DNA from: an uncultured Pseudomonadota bacterium
GTDB taxonomy: Bacteria; Pseudomonadota; Alphaproteobacteria; RF32; CAG-239
Assembly: GCA_902799835.1 (NCBI GenBank)
Contig: CADCCF010000006.1
Location: 25,803 to 89,802, forward strand
Reading direction: 5' to 3'
Length of the DNA: 64,000 nt
A model generated the notes under the pieces. The model was not told where the DNA came from. It did not search any database and saw only the letters and a program-made list of their open reading frames with translations. Positions within the stretch are counted from its first letter, which is position 1. Each line of letters begins with the position of its first letter. This document shows positions 17,466-25,180 of the stretch, one piece after another. The position numbers and the translations under genes were made by a program.

Positions 17466-18239
17466 ATGAATAATGCGGAAAGAAAAGTTTTGGATGATTT
17501 TATGGGGCAAGCTGTCAATTGTGAGATTGTCAGCAATCTTGAATTGAATAATGAAGAAAAAAGATTGCTGAATCAGCTTAATCAATTTGCGGTTATGCAG
17601 GTGGAAGATGATGCGGAGGTTTTGCGTGATCCGCGGAAGATTTTTTATAAATCAGGCGAAGAGTTAAAAAAAGGGCTGGTCGGATTGTCATTGGCAGTTG
17701 CTTTGACCAAAAATTTTTCGCGTAAAGTATATACCAAGGAGTTTTTTGAAGATAATATAAAAATAGAACGCAACAAAAGCGGTAACATAATAATAAATTT
17801 CGGAGCTATGGGCAGAGAAGTACTAGATGGTGTTTTAAGCGAAAATTTGGTGTTTGAATGGATGTTGTACAGCGACAACAAAGGACGTGGTCTTATGGGA
17901 CTTGCCGATTACAAGGGTATTTATTTGGATGATGATATTAATTTCAGGCGTGGTGGTTCCCAAGTTTATGAGTTTGCCAGATTTCAACGTAAATGTTACC
18001 GATATTTTCGTGAAAAGACGCAGCATCAAAAAGATGATATGCAAGATGCATTTCGCAGAGTATTTGCTGAGGCAGCCGCCAAGCAGTTGACAGAGCAAAT
18101 TAATCCGGTTGAATTTACAGCCAAATTGTTTAGTAGCGATGATCCGGCAAAGGAAATTGAAAATATGTTAAAATCAATAGGGAATAGGATTGATTATCCA
18201 GAGATAGAATACAAAAATAATAAAAAAGGCTCAGATTAA
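17466..18239 (+). CDS. Orphan hypothetical protein
   Basis: The track ORF begins at TTG 17460. The ATG at 17466 is better placed after the RBS. It has no signal peptide, no TM helix and no motif I recognise. Confidence 0.55.
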   Translation: MNNAERKVLDDFMGQAVNCEIVSNLELNNEEKRLLNQLNQFAVMQVEDDAEVLRDPRKIFYKSGEELKKGLVGLSLAVALTKNFSRKVYTKEFFEDNIKIERNKSGNIIINFGAMGREVLDGVLSENLVFEWMLYSDNKGRGLMGLADYKGIYLDDDINFRRGGSQVYEFARFQRKCYRYFREKTQHQKDDMQDAFRRVFAEAAAKQLTEQINPVEFTAKLFSSDDPAKEIENMLKSIGNRIDYPEIEYKNNKKGSD

Positions 18240-18251
18240 TGAGCCTTTTTT
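18222..18251. terminator. Bidirectional rho-independent terminator
   Basis: The sequence is AAAAAAGGCTCA-gattaa-TGAGCCTTTTTT. It overlaps the stop codon of the plus-strand gene and lies 8 nt from the ackA stop. Confidence 0.7.
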
Positions 18252-18258
18252 AATAATT

Positions 18259-19443
18259 TTATGCCGTTAACTTGTAAGTATCTTCGGCAATAACCAATTC
18301 TTCATCAGTCGGGATCACCCAAACTTTAACCTTGCTGTCAGGGGTAGAAATTTCTCTGGTTTGCCCTTTCATATCATTGGCTTTTGAATCTAATTTGAGT
18401 CCCAAATATTCCAACTTTTCGCATACTTTTTGACGCAAAAGCGGCGAGTTTTCACCAATGCCTGCCGTAAATACAATAGCATCAACACCGCCCAAAACCG
18501 CAACATAAGCACCAATATATTTGATAATACTGTGAATATATACATCATAAGCCGTAATGGCTTGGGGATCACCGGCCAAGTAGCGATCCTCAACATCACG
18601 GCTGTCAGAATAACCTCCAGATAAAGCATACAGACCACACTCTTTGTTGAGCATGAGGTGGACTTCATCGGCGGTTTTGTTTTGGGACTGCATAATATAA
18701 AGCGGAACAAAACCATCAATATCACCGCATCTTGTTCCCATAGTTACTCCCGATGTGCCGGTAAATCCAAGCGATGTGTCAATGCTTTTGCCGTCTTTGA
18801 TCGCGGTGATGGAACCACCGGAGCCGAGGTGGCAAGTAATAATTTTATGCGCCGATGGCATCAACTTTTGCAGTTCGCGGGACACATAATAATGTGATGT
18901 GCCATGAAAACCATAACGGCGAATCTTGTGTTTGGTGTATTGTTCTTGAGGTAAGGCGTAAAGATAAGCTTCTTTGGGCATGGTTTGATGAAATGCCGTG
19001 TCAAAAGTGGCAACTTGCGGGATATTGGGCAACAATTTTTGCATGGCATCAATACCGAGCATAAAGGCTTTGCCATGTAAGGGCAACAGCTCTTGAGCTT
19101 CACGAATTTGCGCAATATTTTCATCAGTAATCAAAGTCGATTGTTTGAAAGTTTCGCCCCCATGACCTAAACGGTGACCGACAGCGGAAAGTTCATCAAG
19201 CGAATTCAGAACACTTCCCAAAAGCAATTTGAAAATTTCTTGTAAAGCTACTTCATGATTGGGAAGGTCTATGGAAAACTTTTGTTTATCTTGACCGCTA
19301 ACCTGAAAAGTTAGGGTAGAATCACCAATACCAATACGTTCGGCCAAACCCTTAGCCAACAAATTTGATTGATTGTTATCAAAGGCAAACAAACGATATT
19401 TTAAAGATGATGAACCGGAATTGAGAACAAGAATTTTCTTCAT
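18259..19443 (-). CDS. ackA: Acetate kinase
   Basis: Carries LVLNSGSSSLKY, FDTAFHQTMP, RYGFHGTSH, CHLGSGGSITAI, MGTRCGDID and TAGIGENS. I prefer the ATG at 19443 (MKKILVLNSG), because the longer track ORF would begin inside the predicted promoter. Confidence 0.93.
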   Translation of the reverse strand: MKKILVLNSGSSSLKYRLFAFDNNQSNLLAKGLAERIGIGDSTLTFQVSGQDKQKFSIDLPNHEVALQEIFKLLLGSVLNSLDELSAVGHRLGHGGETFKQSTLITDENIAQIREAQELLPLHGKAFMLGIDAMQKLLPNIPQVATFDTAFHQTMPKEAYLYALPQEQYTKHKIRRYGFHGTSHYYVSRELQKLMPSAHKIITCHLGSGGSITAIKDGKSIDTSLGFTGTSGVTMGTRCGDIDGFVPLYIMQSQNKTADEVHLMLNKECGLYALSGGYSDSRDVEDRYLAGDPQAITAYDVYIHSIIKYIGAYVAVLGGVDAIVFTAGIGENSPLLRQKVCEKLEYLGLKLDSKANDMKGQTREISTPDSKVKVWVIPTDEELVIAEDTYKLTA

Positions 19444-19477
19444 TGTATTATCTTTCAAAAAGGTTGATTTTGCGAGG

Positions 19478-19506
19478 ATACTAGCACAAGAGAATCTATT
19501 ATTCAA
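19478..19506 (-). promoter_or_regulatory. Candidate ackA promoter (TTGAAT, 17-nt spacer, TAGTAT on the minus strand)
   Basis: The -35 is at 19501-19506 and the -10 at 19478-19483, read on the reverse strand. Confidence 0.4.
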
Positions 19507-19549
19507 GAAAAAGTAAAGAATAAAAAAATACTGTGTCGGTCACTTCGTG

Positions 19550-19704
19550 CCAATAAAAAAACCCACACAAGGTGGAGTGGCGGGACTACTTCGCTAAAGC
19601 TTCGTTGACGGCGCTCGTTCGCTCAAGGCTCACCGGCACACTTCCGTGTGCCTCTTGCTTGTACTCGAACCCACTTTCCGTGGCTTTGAGCCCTCCACAA
19701 GGAA
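19550..19704 (-). other. tRNA-Arg-derived remnant: a second copy of the tRNA terminator hairpin plus a split copy of the tRNA T-arm
   Basis: Region 19550-19577 repeats 19705-19732 (CCAATAAAAAA.CCCACAC.AGGTGGAG). GGCGGGACT (19579-19587) and ACTCGAACCCAC (19663-19674) together equal 18 nt of the tRNA T-arm (19751-19768). They are separated by a 75-nt insert containing the hairpin GGCACAC-ttcc-GTGTGCC (19635-19652). Confidence 0.55.
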
Positions 19705-19740
19705 CCAATAAAAAACCCCACACGAGGTGGAGTTTTTTAT
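19705..19740 (-). terminator. Palindromic intrinsic terminator directly after tRNA-Arg
   Basis: The minus strand reads AATAAAAAACTCCAC-CTCGT-GTGGGGTTTTTTATTGG. U-tracts are possible in both directions. Confidence 0.65.
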
Positions 19741-19817
19741 TGGCGCCAGCGGCGGGACTCGAACCCACTACCCACAGTTTAGGAAACTGTTGCTCTATCC
19801 TGATGAGCTACGCCGGC
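19741..19817 (-). tRNA. tRNA-Arg (anticodon CCU), 77 nt with encoded CCA
   Basis: Folded by hand as GCCGGCG-TA-GCTC-ATCAGGATA-GAGC-A-ACAGT-TTCCTAA-ACTGT-GGGTA-GTGGG-TTCGAGT-CCCGC-CGCTGGC-G-CCA. All four stems pair, with one G-U each in the acceptor and T stems. Confidence 0.95.
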
Positions 19818-19842
19818 TTGATGCGCCTATTTTATAGCCGCA

Positions 19843-20955
19843 TTATTTTTTATTGCAAGCAAGATTTTGCAAAAACTGAATTTGAATTTCAGCCAATTTT
19901 TCAACTGAGGCGATATCAACATATTCGCCTGAGGCATGCATGCCTTCACCGGAGCCGGAGTGCATGATTACGGTTGAGCCGCGCACCGCAAATTCTCTAG
20001 CATCGGTAGCACCGCCTTCGTATTCAAATTTAAGTTTTTTACCCAAAATATTTTCCGCCAGTTTTTTATAAGCAACGATATGAGGATTTTTCTCATCCAT
20101 TACTACCGGAGTGCTGGAAGATACAATTTCATATTCCGCACCCTTAATCATGGCTTTATCCAAGTTTTTCTTTAAATCGGATAGTTTAGATGTTTCAACC
20201 AAGCGCACATCGCACAATGCCTCGCAATAATCCGAAATAATGTTGGCAACTTTACCACCCTCAATTTTAGCAACATGCAAAGTATCAATCCATTTGTTGC
20301 GCGGCTTCTTGCCATTCAAATCATAAGCCGGATAAAATTTACGAACATTATCCAATGTCTTAAACATCAGTTCATTAGCATCTACGCCATCCCAAGGCAG
20401 TGAACCATGAGCTTCTTTGCCGTGAGTTTTGATTTTTACAAATACGGGGTTTTTGCATTTAACAATCAATTTGGTTATATCGCCACCGACATCATTGTCT
20501 AAGACAACATTAGCTTTGATTTTAGCATATTTTTCCAAGAATGCTTTGGTGCCTTTAGAACCTTTTTCTTCATCGGATGAAAGGATTACGCCGAATTTTA
20601 AGGGTAATTTGTGCTCAATAACATATTGCATGGAGTTTAGGGCAACTGCGGCAAAAGATTTCATGTCTAATGAGCCACGACCATAAAGTTTACCCCCTTT
20701 TACAATCGGCTTAAACATTTTATCTTCAGCCGGAACTACATCAATATGACCTAAGATGAGAGCATCCAAGTCAAGAGAGTTTTTGTTGCGAATAAAAATA
20801 ACCGGAGCAGTATCTTTTTTGGTAAAAATATCAACCTTGGCACCAATCAATGTCATCATGTTTTTGATATAATTCATCGCCGCATTAATTTCTGTTGCAT
20901 TACCGGTTTCGGTGCGAAACTTCATCAGCTCTTGGGCTATTTCAATTATTTTCAT
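19843..20955 (-). CDS. M20-family metallopeptidase/deacylase (ArgE/DapE-like)
   Basis: Carries LILGHIDVVP, GRGSLDMK, SSDEEKGS and HGKEAHGS. Confidence 0.85.
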   Translation of the reverse strand: MKIIEIAQELMKFRTETGNATEINAAMNYIKNMMTLIGAKVDIFTKKDTAPVIFIRNKNSLDLDALILGHIDVVPAEDKMFKPIVKGGKLYGRGSLDMKSFAAVALNSMQYVIEHKLPLKFGVILSSDEEKGSKGTKAFLEKYAKIKANVVLDNDVGGDITKLIVKCKNPVFVKIKTHGKEAHGSLPWDGVDANELMFKTLDNVRKFYPAYDLNGKKPRNKWIDTLHVAKIEGGKVANIISDYCEALCDVRLVETSKLSDLKKNLDKAMIKGAEYEIVSSSTPVVMDEKNPHIVAYKKLAENILGKKLKFEYEGGATDAREFAVRGSTVIMHSGSGEGMHASGEYVDIASVEKLAEIQIQFLQNLACNKK

Positions 20956-21047
20956 TTTTTTGACTCCTTTTTTACCATTTATTCACATTATATTGAGATA
21001 ATAAGACTTAAAGATAAAAAAAGATATAAGAAAAAGAGGCATGTGCA

Positions 21048-21557
21048 ATGAAAAGAATTTTGCTCATTTTGATTATGTTAGTTGCTGCCGGAGTGTTGGT
21101 GGCAACCGCGAGTGAAAACAAATCAAAAAAATCGGATAGTAATTCTTTGCCGCGATTTGTATCATTGCGTTCGGATAAAGTTTATGCGCGTTTCGGTCCC
21201 GGAGTTAAATATCCGATAGAGTGGGTATATTCGCAAAAATCAGCTCCGGTCGAGGTGATTTCGGAGTATGAAGATTGGCGCCGCATCAGGGATTGGCAAG
21301 GCTCCGAAAGTTGGATTAAAGCGCAAATGTTAAATAATAAAAGGTTTGTAAAAGTGATAGCGGCCGGAGAGAATAACCTCTATGCCAAGGATAGTTATAA
21401 GTCGAAAATTATAGCTCGAGTTGAAGATGAGGTTATTGGTGAAATTAAGAAATGTCCGGCGGAAAATGGTTTTTGTTTGGTGCAATTTGCACAGTATCAG
21501 GGGTGGATGCCAAGACAAAGCCTTTTTGGTGTGTATCCTGATGAAATTATAGATTAA
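21048..21557 (+). CDS. Secreted SH3b-like domain protein (alphaproteobacterial DUF1058/COG3807 type)
   Basis: Has a signal peptide. It then carries LPRFVSLRSDKVYARFGPGVKYPIEWVY...EDWRRIRDWQGSESWI and a second SH3-like half. Confidence 0.75.
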   Translation: MKRILLILIMLVAAGVLVATASENKSKKSDSNSLPRFVSLRSDKVYARFGPGVKYPIEWVYSQKSAPVEVISEYEDWRRIRDWQGSESWIKAQMLNNKRFVKVIAAGENNLYAKDSYKSKIIARVEDEVIGEIKKCPAENGFCLVQFAQYQGWMPRQSLFGVYPDEIID

Positions 21558-21559
21558 GC

Positions 21560-23014
21560 CTAGTGAGCCAATTCAAATAAATTTAGCGGTAGGTCGTTAG
21601 TGAGGATTAGCGCGATAATCAGCCAGATGAGGGCATAAGTTTGCAGAGCGTTGCTGATAATTTTGTTTTGTAATGGTTTGATGTTTTTTTGTGCGCCATA
21701 TTTGAATAAACGATTTAGTCCGAATAACAAAAATATTAAAATTAAAAATTGAAAACCTAAACCAGTTTGAGATAAGATGTTACGTAAGGGTTGCAACATT
21801 TTATATGATAAGGTAAAAAAGGCCAGATAAACTATGAGTATTCCGCCGAAAACCAAACGCATTTTACTGTTTTGTTGGCGCATAATTTCTTTTTGTTTTT
21901 GGACTTCTTCGGTTTTCATTTGTTTAATTTCAATACCGCGCAGAGTTTCCGGTTCTTGTTTTTGTTTTTTCAACTCATCAATATTGTGGCGAAATTTGTT
22001 TTCAATCATACACAGACCGCAGCCTTTGGAAGTAAAATAAGCATGGTCGGGATTGTTGTGGCATTTTTTTAAGGAATGCATTATCTTCCAAAGATGTTCC
22101 TGCCATTCGAAAGCAGTAGGGCGTTGGCAATCTTTGCAAAAAGCGCGTTCGAATAATTCCAAGGTTTCTTTATTAAAATATTGGTGAATGCTATAGGGAT
22201 GCGGATACTGATACTCATCGGGCCAAAGACCATAGGCATAATGGTACTTGGTAATGCGTTCTTGGATGGTGAGCATGGGTGCATTTGGATTCTTCGGTGT
22301 GCCGGAAAAAGGGTGGATGCCATTGTTGAGTAAACGAAAGATTACTACAGCCAGAGCAAACAAATCTTGTTGTTCGCCCATTTCGGCACAGCTCAAATTC
22401 ATACCTTCGGGATAAATGTACTCTTCCGAGACAAATTCGGCCGGATATTTGGTGTTGTTTCCGGAAATTGAGAAACCATCACAATCAACGATTGCTACCA
22501 ACATATTTTCTTTATATACGTAAATATTGGAAGGTTTTAAATCAACGACGTAGTGTCCGCATTTGTGAAGAGCATTAATCATCAAGGCAACATTGTAAGC
22601 CGCAAAGACACGATAAGCATAATTCTCGGATAAACCCAAACGATGCCGTACAGCTTTTTGCATAAGATGGTCGAGTGAGACAGCTTTGTTCATATCAATA
22701 AGCGGCATGATATAGCCAGCACAAAATCCGCGCTCATCATCAAGCAAGGCTTCCGGCCAAGCAATTTGAATAAAATCTTGATCATTGACTTTGGTTGACA
22801 AGAAGTCGGGTTTGTTTAATAACATAGCCTGAAGTTTTTGGCGGTTGGTTGAAGATTTTTTGGTATCGTGAAATATTTTGGCGACGTAACCCGGTTTGTT
22901 TTCTATCAGATAAATTTTGCCGGAAGCTCCTCCTTTATTTATTATTTTTCCTAAGGTTATCTTGTCATAGGAGCCATCGGCATAAACTGCATTAAAGGTT
23001 TGTTTTTCTTCCAT
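21560..23014 (-). CDS. Ser/Thr protein kinase with C-terminal zinc-ribbon-like motif, coiled coil and three TM helices (kinase of a TerY-P-type triad)
   Basis: Has the Gly-loop and Lys (GGASGKIYLIENKPGYVAKIF), the catalytic loop HYVVDLKPSN, and DCDGF. After the kinase core come CHNNPDHAYFTSKGCGLC, a K/E/Q-rich stretch and three hydrophobic helices. It starts 1 nt after the PP2C stop. Confidence 0.85.
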   Translation of the reverse strand: MEEKQTFNAVYADGSYDKITLGKIINKGGASGKIYLIENKPGYVAKIFHDTKKSSTNRQKLQAMLLNKPDFLSTKVNDQDFIQIAWPEALLDDERGFCAGYIMPLIDMNKAVSLDHLMQKAVRHRLGLSENYAYRVFAAYNVALMINALHKCGHYVVDLKPSNIYVYKENMLVAIVDCDGFSISGNNTKYPAEFVSEEYIYPEGMNLSCAEMGEQQDLFALAVVIFRLLNNGIHPFSGTPKNPNAPMLTIQERITKYHYAYGLWPDEYQYPHPYSIHQYFNKETLELFERAFCKDCQRPTAFEWQEHLWKIMHSLKKCHNNPDHAYFTSKGCGLCMIENKFRHNIDELKKQKQEPETLRGIEIKQMKTEEVQKQKEIMRQQNSKMRLVFGGILIVYLAFFTLSYKMLQPLRNILSQTGLGFQFLILIFLLFGLNRLFKYGAQKNIKPLQNKIISNALQTYALIWLIIALILTNDLPLNLFELAH

Positions 23015-23015
23015 C

Positions 23016-23759
23016 TCAGGCCACCTTTATCCACACAAGAGTTTTGTCATCAGGATTGAGTTTTTGAGCGCGCGGAGTGTTGAGAGTGTTGCTTAGGGCG
23101 CGAGTTGCTTTAAGACGATTGGGTTCAGATAGTAAAAATTCGTTAATCGGAGTGATAAATTTGGTTTCAATGTTTTGAAAATCCGGTTGAAAAGCAAAAG
23201 GAGTGACACCATCAGACATTAAGAACATTACCTCGGGTTGTAAAAAACGGGTGAAACGCAAGTTGGCTTTCCAATAAGATTGTGTGAAGAAAAAAGTTTC
23301 ACAAGAAAAATTGCCATTCTCGGGACGGGAAAGACGAAACTCGTTGTTAGAGTGGAGTGACAAAGCGGCGCCGTCACCAATATGAAAGAATATACCTTTG
23401 CCTTGATGATAAACAACTCCAACCAAAGTTGCAGCAAAATCGTCAAGACCATTTTCGTTTTTGGTGAAGTTGAAGCGGTGGATTACTAACTGTTGACGTG
23501 CGGCAGATATGGCGTTTTTTATCTCGGATTCAATATGATCGAAAGCTACATTTTTAAGTATATCGCAGAGGGTTGAACATAATATTCGGGCGCCAATTTT
23601 GCCGTATTTGGCAGATCCGGCACCGTCCGACAGTACGGCAATCAAATTTTTGCCATAGGCATATTGATAGTAATCTTGACAAGGCAAGCCACAACTGCGG
23701 TGGGCGGCGCCAACAACTTTAGCGGCAATAATTTTGTAAGCACTTTTGTTATTCATCAT
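23016..23759 (-). CDS. PP2C-family protein phosphatase
   Basis: Carries CQDYYQY, AVLSDGAGSAKYG, HIGDGA and LMSDGV. I place the start at the ATGATG (23759/23756) that overlaps the vWA stop. The longer track ORF to 23867 would overlap the vWA gene by 119 nt. Confidence 0.85.
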   Translation of the reverse strand: MMNNKSAYKIIAAKVVGAAHRSCGLPCQDYYQYAYGKNLIAVLSDGAGSAKYGKIGARILCSTLCDILKNVAFDHIESEIKNAISAARQQLVIHRFNFTKNENGLDDFAATLVGVVYHQGKGIFFHIGDGAALSLHSNNEFRLSRPENGNFSCETFFFTQSYWKANLRFTRFLQPEVMFLMSDGVTPFAFQPDFQNIETKFITPINEFLLSEPNRLKATRALSNTLNTPRAQKLNPDDKTLVWIKVA

Positions 23760-24432
23760 CCCAATCGCCGGTATTGTCAAACAGTTCGGGGGCATTGGGC
23801 GCGGCGCGAGAAATGCAAGAAACGCTACGACTAAGCCATAAGAAAAATTCGGTAAAACGAAGGCCACTTAAGCGTTTTGGCGAATTGGTTGAAAACAGCG
23901 CCAGTTTGTCAAGGTTGGCTCCCTGAGTTCCAACGGCATGGATTACAACCTTTTTCTTGTTTTGGGCATCACGGCATTTGGCAGCAATAATTTCCCAATC
24001 ATAATCAGTCGGTTCACCATCACTGATAAGGAATATCCATGGACGTTTTGAAGTTATGCCACAGCTGTCATAAAGACATTTTTGGGCTTCAATTTTGGCT
24101 AAAGCCATATCCATAGCTTTGCCTAAAGGTGTTAGACCGCCGGCTTCCATGGTGGGAGCTTCAAAATTCATCGCATCAGTCCAATCGGTTGAAACGACGG
24201 CCTCGTCCTTACCAAAAGCTTTGATAATCAGCAGTTGAACACGTGATGAGGCATCGATATCCTCTTTGAGCTCTTGCTCCAAAGCTTTTAAGCCGGCATT
24301 AAGCTGTTTGATGGGTTCCCCACGCATGGAGCCGGAGCAATCCAGAACTAAAACGCAGGGAGTTCGCTCGTTGGCATTGTCAGCGAACTCAACATAAGGT
24401 ATCATTTCATTATCAGTGATATTTTCAACCAT
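23749..24432 (-). CDS. vWA-domain protein of the TerY/YegL type
   Basis: Carries the MIDAS motif CVLVLDCSGSM, plus GGLTPLGKAM, RPWIFLISDGEPTD and a C-terminal FTEFFLWLSRSVS. Confidence 0.88.
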   Translation of the reverse strand: MVENITDNEMIPYVEFADNANERTPCVLVLDCSGSMRGEPIKQLNAGLKALEQELKEDIDASSRVQLLIIKAFGKDEAVVSTDWTDAMNFEAPTMEAGGLTPLGKAMDMALAKIEAQKCLYDSCGITSKRPWIFLISDGEPTDYDWEIIAAKCRDAQNKKKVVIHAVGTQGANLDKLALFSTNSPKRLSGLRFTEFFLWLSRSVSCISRAAPNAPELFDNTGDWDDE

Positions 24433-24449
24433 GATTAATCTCGCTAAAA

Positions 24450-24575
24450 TTATTTTTCATAAGGGTATGTGTGAGGGTAGCCGCTGTCGGGATAAGGCGA
24501 CGGGCGTGCCGACTTGCCACAGGCCGATGTCAGCAGTGACAAAGACAAACAAACTAAAATAAATATTTTTTTCAT
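24450..24575 (-). CDS. Unlisted 41-aa lipoprotein ORF heading the vWA-PP2C-kinase operon
   Basis: My translation reads MKKIFILVCLSLSLLTSACGKSARPSPYPDSGYPHTYPYEK. The lipobox is LLTSAC. The RBS AAGGAA lies 7 nt upstream of the ATG. The stop lies 17 nt before the vWA start. Confidence 0.45.
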   Translation of the reverse strand: MKKIFILVCLSLSLLTSACGKSARPSPYPDSGYPHTYPYEK

Positions 24576-24645
24576 ATACAATTCCTTTACTTATTTCATA
24601 TATACTACAATTATAAAAAATAAAAGTTGATGTTAATTTTAAGTT

Positions 24646-25176
24646 ATGCAAAAGAAAATGATGAAAAAGTTTTTAGGCGGTTTGGCTTTGGTTTTTGTTT
24701 TTATGAGCATGGCTCAAGCCAGTATCAATATTTTTGCTTATTCGCGCGAAGCTCCGGTTACGAAAATTTATGATTCATACGGGAGATCGGCCAGTTTGCA
24801 AGATTTTGGTGATGATTTTATAATTGCGGTTTTTTGGTCAAAGACCTGTATTCCTTGTTTGCGGGAAATGCGAGATTTGAATGCTTTTTCCAATAAAGTT
24901 AAAGATAATGGGGTTAAGGTTATTATAATTTCGTCGGAAAAAGATTGGTATAGTCGCGAAGAGCAAGTTGAGTTGTTGCGTAAATACGGCGGCGAAGATT
25001 TGGATTTTTATGTGGATAGAAATTCGGCTTTAGCCAACGAATTCGGTATTTTTACATCGCCACATGCAGTTTTGATTGATACTCATAATATGGAAATCGG
25101 GCGAATCCGCGGCGCGGTTGATTGGGATGACAGCGATGTGGAAGAATATATATACAAGCTAAAAGCGCAAAATTAA
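24646..25176 (+). CDS. Periplasmic thioredoxin-fold thiol:disulfide oxidoreductase (TlpA/ResA-like)
   Basis: Has a signal peptide and the CxxC active site in FWSKTCIPCLREM. Confidence 0.8.
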   Translation: MQKKMMKKFLGGLALVFVFMSMAQASINIFAYSREAPVTKIYDSYGRSASLQDFGDDFIIAVFWSKTCIPCLREMRDLNAFSNKVKDNGVKVIIISSEKDWYSREEQVELLRKYGGEDLDFYVDRNSALANEFGIFTSPHAVLIDTHNMEIGRIRGAVDWDDSDVEEYIYKLKAQN

Positions 25177-25180
25177 TTTT

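Noticed and set aside
19550-19704. A tmRNA (ssrA) or two-piece tmRNA acceptor piece. The minus strand reads ...GTGGGTTCGAGT...AGTCCCGCCACTCCACC, which resembles a tmRNA 3-prime end.
   Set aside because: There is no room for a tag-coding piece or pseudoknots. tRNA-Arg lies about 170 nt upstream and ackA about 110 nt downstream. There is no GGGG-type 5-prime acceptor strand. The CTCCACC is simply the first arm of the duplicated terminator hairpin.
19572-19967. The 131-aa (+) and 60-aa (-) ORFs that span the tRNA-Arg region.
   Set aside because: They run through a tRNA gene, its terminator and the 3-prime end of the M20 peptidase gene. They have no RBS.
23760-23867. The N-terminal extension of the PP2C ORF, which would overlap the vWA gene by 119 nt.
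   Set aside because: The extension is hydrophobic and unlike PP2C N-termini. The ATGATG at 23759/23756, which overlaps the vWA stop, gives a standard coupled start.
24457-24651. The 64-aa minus-strand ORF from the track.
   Set aside because: It has no RBS, and its start at 24651 lies inside the divergent TlpA-like gene, which begins at 24646. The alternative frame encodes a textbook small lipoprotein with an RBS at 24450-24575.
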